Origin: a virus
Taxonomy: Duplodnaviria > Caudoviricetes
Reading direction: 5' to 3' (one strand)
Length of the DNA stretch: 35,825 nt
IMG/VR virus record: IMGVR_UViG_3300037419_001082
Coordinates: 1-35,825 of that record
Of this stretch, positions 7,655 through 15,005 are shown one piece after another (position 1 is the stretch's first letter; the number at the start of each line of letters is the position of its first letter). The notes beneath the pieces were generated by a model. That model did not search any database. It had not been told where the DNA came from and saw only the letters and a list, made by a program, of their open reading frames with translations. The position numbers were made by a program, and so were the translations under genes.

Positions 7655-7694
7655 CAATTCACTCCCTATATGGTATAATAAAAATATAGGGAGT
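7651..7694 (+). promoter_or_regulatory. Sigma-A promoter embedded in an 11-bp inverted repeat
   Basis: TTGACA 7651-7656, TATAAT 7674-7679; ACTCCCTATAT 7661-7671 / ATATAGGGAGT 7684-7694. Confidence 0.9.
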
Positions 7695-7759
7695 TTGGTT
7701 TGATTAAACAATCTATTGAGAATGGATAAAATAAGAGTTTTATTAAAGGAGAGAAGAGA

Positions 7760-8017
7760 ATGAATAAATTAAAAGAAGTTATTGAGTATGATATTCCAAT
7801 TCAAGGAGAAGAAGCAGTAAAAAAACATAATGAAATGTGTGAAAAAATGTTTGGTGTAGACAGATTCAAACCTCTAAAATCAACAGAAGAACATATAGAT
7901 ATTTTATTCGAAAAATTCTATCATGCCATTCAAAAAGTTGGAGATGATGGGGGTTGGTATGTAGGAGATGGAATTAAAGTTAAGATTGAATTGGAATATG
8001 ATTATGAAGATAAATAA
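7760..8017 (+). CDS. Hypothetical phage protein
   Basis: 85 aa, RBS AAGGAG. Confidence 0.8.
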   Translation: MNKLKEVIEYDIPIQGEEAVKKHNEMCEKMFGVDRFKPLKSTEEHIDILFEKFYHAIQKVGDDGGWYVGDGIKVKIELEYDYEDK

Positions 8018-8028
8018 GGAAAATTAAT

Positions 8029-8112
8029 ATGTTGAAGCTTTTATATTTTATTACATTTTTAGTTTTCTCATTAAACATGTATATGCTTATTTTACTAATT
8101 CAACAAAATTGA
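8029..8112 (+). CDS. Membrane micropeptide (27 aa, not in ORF track)
   Basis: MLKLLYFITFLVFSLNMYMLILLIQQN; RBS AAGGA; stop lies in the palindromic site. Confidence 0.5.
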   Translation: MLKLLYFITFLVFSLNMYMLILLIQQN

Positions 8113-8140
8113 TAAAATTCTGATTTTATGAGGTGATGAT

Positions 8141-8335
8141 ATGGACAGATTAACAAAAGAAGAGGTAAATAAATTAGTTTTAATGATTGAAAATAAAGTA
8201 GGAATAAAATATGACTACAATAAAGATGAATTAGCAGAAGCAGTTGTTTTTGCATATCAGATGGGGAAACAGGTAATAAGCGATGAAGTTGTAAAAGATT
8301 TAGATAAAATGTTGATGAATAGAAAAAAATATTAA
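8141..8335 (+). CDS. Hypothetical phage protein
   Basis: 64 aa, RBS GAGGTG. Confidence 0.75.
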   Translation: MDRLTKEEVNKLVLMIENKVGIKYDYNKDELAEAVVFAYQMGKQVISDEVVKDLDKMLMNRKKY

Positions 8336-8373
8336 TGTAATAAAATAACGGTTTTATCAAAAGGAGCGATTTA

Positions 8374-8619
8374 ATGGAAATTAAAATTGGTGAATATACA
8401 ATCATTGAAGATTTAAAGAATGGTGTATTTGAATGTTTGAGACATGGGCAAGAGTGGAGAGGTTTAATTGGAGACAATATGGTTTTAGCTTTAGTATCAA
8501 AGATTCAAGAGCAACAGGAATTTATTAAAGATATTGCAGAACATAGGATTGAAGATTTTGAAGATTTTCACCCCACAATTGATGTATGGAGTAGAAAAGC
8601 TAAGAAATTATTAATTTGA
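8374..8619 (+). CDS. Hypothetical phage protein
   Basis: 81 aa with LRHGQEWRGLIGDN motif, RBS AAGGAG. Confidence 0.8.
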   Translation: MEIKIGEYTIIEDLKNGVFECLRHGQEWRGLIGDNMVLALVSKIQEQQEFIKDIAEHRIEDFEDFHPTIDVWSRKAKKLLI

Positions 8620-8652
8620 TAAAAGAATAGTTTTATGAAAAGAGGGGAATAG

Positions 8653-8889
8653 ATGAAAGGTGTGTCAATTGATTGGAAATTGATAGAAATATCTAAACAT
8701 TGGGAATTAGAAATTGAAGTTGGAAATGATTGGGGAGAACCACCTTATATTGAAACGAGAAAATATGAAACAAGAGAAGATTTAGATGAAGCTTTAGTTT
8801 ATCAAAGTTATTATGATATTGTATTGAGCATTAAAGAAGTAGTTGAATATGATAGAATTTGGAATTGGGAAAAAGAAGAGGAAAATTAA
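8653..8889 (+). CDS. Hypothetical acidic, Trp-rich phage protein
   Basis: 78 aa, RBS GAGGGG. Confidence 0.75.
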   Translation: MKGVSIDWKLIEISKHWELEIEVGNDWGEPPYIETRKYETREDLDEALVYQSYYDIVLSIKEVVEYDRIWNWEKEEEN

Positions 8890-8907
8890 ATTTTATTAAA
8901 AAATCTA

Positions 8908-8936
8908 TTGACAAAACATAATTAATATGATATAAT
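8908..8936 (+). promoter_or_regulatory. Sigma-A consensus promoter
   Basis: TTGACA N17 TG-TATAAT. Confidence 0.9.
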
Positions 8937-8966
8937 AAAAGTATAAACAAAGGGGAGAGATGTTAC

Positions 8967-9242
8967 ATGTCAGAATTATTAGATAAATTATTATGGAGTA
9001 CAAGTGATTCAGAATGGGAAGATATTATTGATGAGTTAAATGAAGATGAAAAACAAGAATTATTTGATAGTGCAGAAATATATTTAAACGATAAAGAACG
9101 TGACCTTGAGGAAGTTCAAGATAAATTAGGTGATAGTGATTATGAAGATGAATGGGAAGAATTAGATACAGAAGAAGATGATATTTTATCAGACATTGAT
9201 TCACTCACATCATTGATTAGAGTGATTGAAGATTTGATGTAG
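8967..9242 (+). CDS. Extremely acidic small protein (candidate DNA mimic)
   Basis: 91 aa, dominated by D/E; own consensus promoter. Confidence 0.8.
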   Translation: MSELLDKLLWSTSDSEWEDIIDELNEDEKQELFDSAEIYLNDKERDLEEVQDKLGDSDYEDEWEELDTEEDDILSDIDSLTSLIRVIEDLM

Positions 9243-9335
9243 TAGAACAATGTTACGATAATAACAAAATTTTTGTCGAAAAGACCTAGTATACCGTACT
9301 ATCACTCTAACATATACTATTAAGGGGTGATAGTT

Positions 9336-9701
9336 TTGCTTGAAAAACAATCTAATACATTAAGACAAGGAAATATTGGTTTGGGTATTGCAATTTCTTA
9401 TTTTACTATGAGGGGTTGCTATGTTAGTTTACCTTTAAATGATATTCAAGACTATGATTTAATTACTGATTATGGTGATGGTATTCTTAAAAAAGTACAA
9501 GTAAAAACGACAAGGTTCAAAGAAAGAGGAAAACATTACAAAGTTGAATTAATGACAACTAAAAAGCCATTTACTCAAAACAGTTCTGATATTGTTTTTA
9601 TTGTTGATGGTGATGGAGTTCAATATTTAATACCTAGAGATGAAATAAAGGCTAGTAAAGGTATTGTATTGGGTAAAAATTATGAAAAATATATTGTATA
9701 A
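9336..9701 (+). CDS. PD-(D/E)XK endonuclease, group I intron-associated type (PDDEXK_5-like)
   Basis: GxIGxxxAISYF...VSLPLND..DYDLIxD...KVQVKT motif. ORF track 9327..9701; TTG 9336 fits RBS AGGGGTG. Confidence 0.8.
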   Translation: MLEKQSNTLRQGNIGLGIAISYFTMRGCYVSLPLNDIQDYDLITDYGDGILKKVQVKTTRFKERGKHYKVELMTTKKPFTQNSSDIVFIVDGDGVQYLIPRDEIKASKGIVLGKNYEKYIV

Positions 9702-9705
9702 TCTA

Positions 9706-9734
9706 TTGACAATACATAAATAATGTGGTATAAT
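9706..9734 (+). promoter_or_regulatory. Sigma-A consensus promoter
   Basis: TTGACA N17 TG-TATAAT. Confidence 0.9.
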
Positions 9735-9792
9735 TGTATTATAGAGATGAGTAATAGACAACTAATGTTCACTAAAAAGGAGAAATGAAAAA

Positions 9793-10014
9793 ATGCACAT
9801 TAAAAGAGGAAATGGACAAATAGTTATGATGGAAACGATTAATTGCGTTAATTATTTTGATATGAAACATATAGGTAATGAGCTTAAAGAAATAGGTAAA
9901 AATGAGTATATATGCGAAAAATGTAATGCAATTATGACTTTCAAAGAACCTGTTTTAGTTCAAGATGAAAACGGAAGATTAAGAATGAAAGTGGTTGCAG
10001 AAGTAAAACAATAG
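9793..10014 (+). CDS. Small putative Zn-binding protein
   Basis: C...H...CEKC, 73 aa. Confidence 0.65.
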   Translation: MHIKRGNGQIVMMETINCVNYFDMKHIGNELKEIGKNEYICEKCNAIMTFKEPVLVQDENGRLRMKVVAEVKQ

Positions 10015-10080
10015 TACGCATTACGATAATAATGTGGATTTGATAAAAACTGAATTTTATCAAAAGGGGGAGATATTGAA

Positions 10081-10371
10081 ATGGAGAATTTAGTTTTAGA
10101 GAGAGTTATTAATGGTGGGATTCAAAGAGGATTTAAATTTGAAAACGGTTTTGGTGCAAGTGTAGTTCGACATTCTTTCTCATATGGTGGAGACAGAGGA
10201 CTTTGGGAATTAGCAGTGGTTAAATTTAGAGATGAAGATTGGGATAGTTCTTCATTAACATATATGACTGATATTACAGATGATGTAATTGGATATTTAA
10301 CATGGATAGAAGTAGAAATATTATTAGATAAAATTAAAAATTTGGATGAATTTGGTCAAGCAAAGGAGTAG
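10081..10371 (+). CDS. Conserved phage hypothetical protein
   Basis: FKFENGFGASVV...SYGG..GLWELAV...TDITDDVIGYLT motif typical of a widespread phage family. Confidence 0.85.
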   Translation: MENLVLERVINGGIQRGFKFENGFGASVVRHSFSYGGDRGLWELAVVKFRDEDWDSSSLTYMTDITDDVIGYLTWIEVEILLDKIKNLDEFGQAKE

Positions 10372-10403
10372 AAATACTCCTTAAAACTTTTTTGATAAAT
10401 CTA

Positions 10404-10432
10404 TTGACAAATCACTTTTAATATGCTATAAT
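10404..10432 (+). promoter_or_regulatory. Sigma-A consensus promoter
   Basis: TTGACA N17 TG-TATAAT. Confidence 0.9.
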
Positions 10433-10460
10433 TAATTATAAGCCAAAAGGAGATGATAAT

Positions 10461-10739
10461 ATGAATTTTATTAAAGAAGGTGTTCATAGTGGTGTGGCAG
10501 AGTTTGATTTTAAAATGTATATGAATAGAAAAATTTCACCAATAGGGAGTGGAAATCAGTTGTTACTAGGATTATTTGACGATTGTATGTATTCAGAAGT
10601 AATCCTAGATAAGAAAGTTGGTAAAACATTCCATATGATAGGAGTTATTAGAAATGATTTTGATGAGCAATATAATGTTGATTTGTTAATGAGTGAATTA
10701 ACAAATAGATATGACATTGAAATTTCTAAAAAAGACTAA
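10461..10739 (+). CDS. Hypothetical phage protein
   Basis: 92 aa, RBS AAGGAG. Confidence 0.75.
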   Translation: MNFIKEGVHSGVAEFDFKMYMNRKISPIGSGNQLLLGLFDDCMYSEVILDKKVGKTFHMIGVIRNDFDEQYNVDLLMSELTNRYDIEISKKD

Positions 10740-10758
10740 GAAAATTTTCTTAGTCTTT
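10731..10758. terminator. Perfect 28-bp palindrome (terminator-like hairpin)
   Basis: AAAGACTAAGAAAATTTTCTTAGTCTTT. Confidence 0.55.
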
Positions 10759-10778
10759 ACAATTTTTAAAAAAAGGTA

Positions 10779-10807
10779 TTGACAATAGATAAAAAATGTG
10801 CTACAAT
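10779..10807 (+). promoter_or_regulatory. Sigma-A promoter
   Basis: TTGACA N17 TG-TACAAT. Confidence 0.8.
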
Positions 10808-10839
10808 TAAAGTATAAACAAGAGGGAGATGTGGTAAAC

Positions 10840-11829
10840 ATGAAAAAAACATTAATCGAATTATTACAAATTCATAGTCCATCTAAAAAAGAAAAAAAAG
10901 TCAGAGAACATATCATCAATATCTTTGAGAGCGAAAAGTTAGTTGATAAATATTGGGTAGATGAAACAGGAAACTTACTTGCAGAAAAAACATATGGAGA
11001 AGATAATGTATGTGTTTTACTAAGTTCTCATATGGATACAGTAAAAGCAGTTAAAGAAAATTTAGAGATTATTGATGAAGATGGAAAAATGTATGCAAAA
11101 GATAGTTGTGCAGGGTTTGATGATAAAGTTGGCTTAACAATTCATTTAACATTGTTAAGGAAATTAAAAGAAGGACAGATTAAATACAAAGGAAAAATAC
11201 TTGTTGCTTTTTCTGTTGAAGAAGAAATTGGAGTAATTGGTGCAAGTGCAGTTGACAAACAATGGGTTCAACAAGCTAATTTATGTATTATTGCAGATAG
11301 AAGAAATGGAACTGATATTGTAACAGGTTGCGGAAATGCCTTTTGTTCGAATGAAGTAGGTCAATTTATTGAAGATTGTTCCGCAATGTTAAATTTAAAT
11401 TATAAGTGTGTTGAAGGTGGAATTAGTGACGCTTTAGCTTATAGTGAAATGGGTGTAAATAGTGTTAATTTGAGTGTAGGATACAGAAATGAACATACAG
11501 AAAATGAACATTTGATTTATGAAGATATGGTAAATACATTGGTATTAATTGCTCAAATGCTTACACTTATTAATGATTTTGCTCATACATTTGGTCAAGT
11601 GCCATTAGAAAATAAATGGGTTGAGCAATGGAGTAGAGGATATAATTATTACCCTACAACTTTCCATAACTCAAAATACAATGAATTAGCTTATGATGAT
11701 ATTTATTTTGATGAATATGGTGATATAACAGTTGATGATTTTGGTGATTGTATTTCATTAAAACAAAGTGGACATGAAATTTTAGTTAGCAAAGAAATAT
11801 TTAAACAAATTTATAAAAATTTAAATTAA
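10840..11829 (+). CDS. M20/M28 family zinc metallopeptidase
   Basis: HMDTV, GFDDK, EEEIG, DRR and C-terminal H(T)ENE metal-ligand motifs. Start ATG 10840 after GAGGGAG (ORF track 10798). Confidence 0.9.
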   Translation: MKKTLIELLQIHSPSKKEKKVREHIINIFESEKLVDKYWVDETGNLLAEKTYGEDNVCVLLSSHMDTVKAVKENLEIIDEDGKMYAKDSCAGFDDKVGLTIHLTLLRKLKEGQIKYKGKILVAFSVEEEIGVIGASAVDKQWVQQANLCIIADRRNGTDIVTGCGNAFCSNEVGQFIEDCSAMLNLNYKCVEGGISDALAYSEMGVNSVNLSVGYRNEHTENEHLIYEDMVNTLVLIAQMLTLINDFAHTFGQVPLENKWVEQWSRGYNYYPTTFHNSKYNELAYDDIYFDEYGDITVDDFGDCISLKQSGHEILVSKEIFKQIYKNLN

Positions 11830-11887
11830 TAGGTATAAAATTAGTATAAGTGGCATATAATATAATATAGAGTATAGTTAGTTACCA

Positions 11888-11917
11888 TTGACAATAGACA
11901 AGTTGACATGCTATACT
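11888..11917 (+). promoter_or_regulatory. Sigma-A promoter for regulator pair
   Basis: TTGACA N18 TG-TATACT. Confidence 0.65.
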
Positions 11918-11951
11918 CTAAATGAGAGGTGAGAAAAAGGAGAAGATTTAT

Positions 11952-12893
11952 ATGAGTAATATTCAAAAAGAAAGAGGCATTATTGATTCAAATAAACAAA
12001 TGTTTATCAAACAATTTGACAATGAATTGACAAAAACATATTACAGTAGATTGTTTGAGTCTGATTTATTTGAATTTGAACAAAAAGTAGGGAAAGATGT
12101 ATTAGATTTTACAGTCAATGAATTAATGGATTTTATTAAAGAATTAAATACAACATCATATAATGCAGAAGTTAGTGGTCGAATTTTAAGCAGTTATTTC
12201 AACTATTGTATTGCAAATCATATTATCAATATTGATAATCCTTTGAATGATATATCACAAAAAGAATTGAGAAAATTAGGAAAACAAACAAGTTTCTTTT
12301 CAGAAGAGGATATTGATGATATAATTGGAAGCTTGGTCAATCCACAAGATTCTGTAATTATCAGATTATTATTCGAAGGATTTAATGGAAAAGAATTTAG
12401 TGAGATAACATCATTGACTAAACATGATATTGATGTTTTAAATAATGAAATTAAAGGTAAAAAAGTTACTGATAAATTAATGCAGTTAACAGGAGAAGCA
12501 TTTAAACAAAAAGAGTATTATAAGAAAAATGGTACTGATTTAATTGAAAATGTAGACTTTAAATTAAATATGGTTATGAATGATTATATTATTAGAAATA
12601 CAATTACTAAAACAGATGTAAATGATAAACAAGTTGATAAGAGTGTTGTTTTTAGAAGAATAAAAATGATTAGCGAAGTTCTAGAAATTGATGGATTTAC
12701 ATCAACATCTATTTATAAGAGTGGTCAATTATGGTATGCAAATAAAATAATGATTGAAAATAATAAAACTAAAATGGATAAAGATGTGTATAACAGAGTA
12801 ATGAAAAGATTTGGCTTAAATAATTATTATGCAATTAGAGAGTATTTAAATGATAAAAATATAAATGAACTGTATAACAGGAAGGAGATTTAA
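11952..12893 (+). CDS. MrpR/YopR-like phage repressor with tyrosine-recombinase fold
   Basis: N-terminal SAM-like region (FEQKVGKDVLDFT..EL) and LVNPQDxxIIxLLFEG..GKEFSEIxxL motif as in the SPbeta MrpR family. Catalytic R and HxxR are replaced. ORF track 11922. Confidence 0.75.
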   Translation: MSNIQKERGIIDSNKQMFIKQFDNELTKTYYSRLFESDLFEFEQKVGKDVLDFTVNELMDFIKELNTTSYNAEVSGRILSSYFNYCIANHIINIDNPLNDISQKELRKLGKQTSFFSEEDIDDIIGSLVNPQDSVIIRLLFEGFNGKEFSEITSLTKHDIDVLNNEIKGKKVTDKLMQLTGEAFKQKEYYKKNGTDLIENVDFKLNMVMNDYIIRNTITKTDVNDKQVDKSVVFRRIKMISEVLEIDGFTSTSIYKSGQLWYANKIMIENNKTKMDKDVYNRVMKRFGLNNYYAIREYLNDKNINELYNRKEI

Positions 12894-12895
12894 TT

Positions 12896-13186
12896 ATGGG
12901 TTGGTCGGCACATCATGGGAAAGAAATGATATTAAATGAGGCAAAGGTAAAAAATGCTTTACAAAATAAAAAATGGACATTTAAAGAATTATATGAAAGA
13001 ATTAATGTTAAATATGAATTAGATTTAAAATATAGAGGATTTATGAATACAATTAAAAATAAGAATCAATGGAAACTCATATATGCATATGCCATTGCAG
13101 ATTTATTAGAAGTTCCAGTTGAAGAATTATTTGAAGTAAAAGAGGTTGAGTCCGATGAATTAAATAAAACTACCACAAGTGAGTAG
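12896..13186 (+). CDS. XRE-type HTH transcriptional regulator
   Basis: WTFKELYERI...AYAIADLLEVPVEELF pattern. Confidence 0.75.
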   Translation: MGWSAHHGKEMILNEAKVKNALQNKKWTFKELYERINVKYELDLKYRGFMNTIKNKNQWKLIYAYAIADLLEVPVEELFEVKEVESDELNKTTTSE

Positions 13187-13205
13187 CGATAATCGTTACT
13201 CACTT
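13177..13205 (+). terminator. Hairpin at end of regulator operon
   Basis: AAGTGAGTAGCGAT-A-ATCGTTACTCACTT. Confidence 0.5.
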
Positions 13206-13331
13206 AATTCATCTTTACATAGCAGAAATTGACGAAATAAATTTGTCATAATTGTAATATTGACTATTTACAATTGTCTAAAAACATATTAAAATAGAGT
13301 AAGGGAATATAAGCATGAGAGGGGAAATTTT

Positions 13332-13688
13332 ATGAAAAATGTAGCTTCTACTATTAAATTGTCACAACAATTAGAATTATTAATTGATGATGAGAATGAT
13401 AGGTTGCTAATTTTTGAGAAACTAAAGACAAAACAACCTTATAAGGTAATTGCAGAAATGAGAAAATACAAGTTGGACAAGCAGTATCTTGAAAAGTCCA
13501 CATTTATGAAAATGTTTTCATCAAATCAATTAATGGCTTTAAAACTACTTACAAGGGAAAATTTGTATAACAGTCACCTACAAGAATTACACGCATTTTT
13601 AATCAAGAGTGGATTGACGATTGAAGATTTCTATGACCTACATAGAAAAACGAAAAAGTTATTTTTAAATATTTTAATAACTTTTTAG
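13332..13688 (+). CDS. Hypothetical protein
   Basis: 118 aa, RBS GAGGGG, promoter-like TTTACA-N17-TAAAAT 13267-13295. Confidence 0.7.
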   Translation: MKNVASTIKLSQQLELLIDDENDRLLIFEKLKTKQPYKVIAEMRKYKLDKQYLEKSTFMKMFSSNQLMALKLLTRENLYNSHLQELHAFLIKSGLTIEDFYDLHRKTKKLFLNILITF

Positions 13689-13694
13689 ATTTAC

Positions 13695-13723
13695 TTGACA
13701 AATGTAATAAAAAATAATAACAT
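13695..13723 (+). promoter_or_regulatory. Sigma-A promoter, conserved-spacer class
   Basis: TTGACA-AATGTAATAAAAAATAA-TAACAT. Confidence 0.65.
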
Positions 13724-13821
13724 GAGTTATGTTAGCAAGTTTTCACAAGTTGAGCGACAAATTAAATGTCGCTTTAAAACTTTTGATAAATATAATAAAT
13801 AATTAAAGGAGAGGTCTAACA

Positions 13822-14895
13822 ATGGCAAAAGAACAAGAAATTACATACCTAGAACAAACAGAAGGCGAGTTTAAATTAAGAGGAATTGTAAAGCGTATTG
13901 ATAGTGACCACGCTTACAAAACAGGAACAATTGCAAAAGGTAAAAGTGAAGGGAAAGAATATCGTTCATTAAAATTTGGAATTCAAACATCTCCTACAAA
14001 TGAAGTTCCAGTTGAATTATTTGCAATGGAGACAAATGATGTATATGTATGGAATGCCAATAAAAAAGAAGGTGGAAAGCGTGACTTTAGTTTGCGTAAC
14101 AAACTAAAAGAAGGTGAAACACTGTTAGGACAAGTTGTTCGTGTTGGTTTAACACTTGATTCAGAAGGAAAGTTTAATGCTCATAATTTAACCCCTTTCG
14201 ATGCAGTTGAAGAAATTTTTGACAATTTAGAAAACGGTGATAGTGTTACGGTGAATGGTGAAATTGAATTTTCTTCATATGAAAAAGAGGGTGGAGAAGT
14301 TGTTCAACAAACTAAATATATCATCAAAAACATTTCACGTACTAAAAATCCAGTTGATTTTGAAGCAGAGGATTTTGTTGAAGTAAATGACTTCTCACAA
14401 GGAATTGTTGTGATTGATAGTGATTTGGATAAAGAGAAAAAAGAATTGAATTTATTCGTTCGTACAATTGGATATCAAAACCGATTTGCAGACGGTAAAT
14501 TAATTATTGATGGGAATACAGAAGAAGGTTCACAATTAGCAATGGCATTTAAAAAGCTAAAGTTTGGTACTTTTGTAGAAGTATTCGGTAAAATCGAAAA
14601 TAAAGTTGAATTAAAAGAAATTCCACAAGAAGAGAAAAAGATTGAAAAATCTAATCCTTTTGCGAGTTTTGAATTTGAAAAACCACAATCATTAAAAGGT
14701 TATAAAGGAAAAACATATATTAACCGTTTATTAATTACAGGTGTTGAAGTAAGTTCATTTGTAGATAAAAAATTCACAGAAGATGATTTTATTGTCCAAT
14801 CTCTTGTAGAAGATAAAACAAAATCAGAAAACAATCCATTTACTAATGGTGATGGAGATATTAAAGAAGATAGCACAGATGGTCTATGGGATTAA
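13822..14895 (+). CDS. Single-stranded DNA-binding protein-like (tandem OB folds; SPbeta YorF-like)
   Basis: Two OB-like repeats (GDSVTVNGEI, GTFVEVFGKI) and acidic C-terminal tail ending DGLWD; lies upstream of the AAA ATPase. Confidence 0.65.
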   Translation: MAKEQEITYLEQTEGEFKLRGIVKRIDSDHAYKTGTIAKGKSEGKEYRSLKFGIQTSPTNEVPVELFAMETNDVYVWNANKKEGGKRDFSLRNKLKEGETLLGQVVRVGLTLDSEGKFNAHNLTPFDAVEEIFDNLENGDSVTVNGEIEFSSYEKEGGEVVQQTKYIIKNISRTKNPVDFEAEDFVEVNDFSQGIVVIDSDLDKEKKELNLFVRTIGYQNRFADGKLIIDGNTEEGSQLAMAFKKLKFGTFVEVFGKIENKVELKEIPQEEKKIEKSNPFASFEFEKPQSLKGYKGKTYINRLLITGVEVSSFVDKKFTEDDFIVQSLVEDKTKSENNPFTNGDGDIKEDSTDGLWD

Positions 14896-15005
14896 TAGTA
14901 TAGTAGAATACTATTATACTATAACAGAACGTAAAAAATATTGCAGATAACTTTGGGTGGTGTTGACACACTACCCAAAATCTTATATAATAAGGAGAGA
15001 ATAGA

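Larger units (their letters stand above)
2508..10060. repeat. Dispersed palindromic intergenic site ATAAAA-N6-TTTTAT, cluster A (19 copies)
   Basis: Copies start at 2508, 2706, 3566, 3691, 3981 (N8), 4196, 5006, 5312, 5514 (N5), 5695, 6055, 6230, 6510, 6692, 7726, 8112, 8340, 8619, 10043. All lie at gene boundaries, almost always immediately before an RBS. Confidence 0.95.

Noticed and set aside
8880-8896. GGAAAA-TTAAA-TTTTAT as another site copy
   Set aside because: Left arm is degenerate and the core is 5 bp; could be chance in AT-rich DNA, so not counted
2508-10060. Interpreting the palindromic repeats as a CRISPR array
   Set aside because: Repeats are 18-26 bp with variable cores, spacing is irregular (125 bp to over 1 kb), intervals are whole genes, and no cas genes are present
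11952-12893. Calling this an active integrase
   Set aside because: Catalytic Arg and HxxR positions are substituted; it resembles MrpR-type repressors
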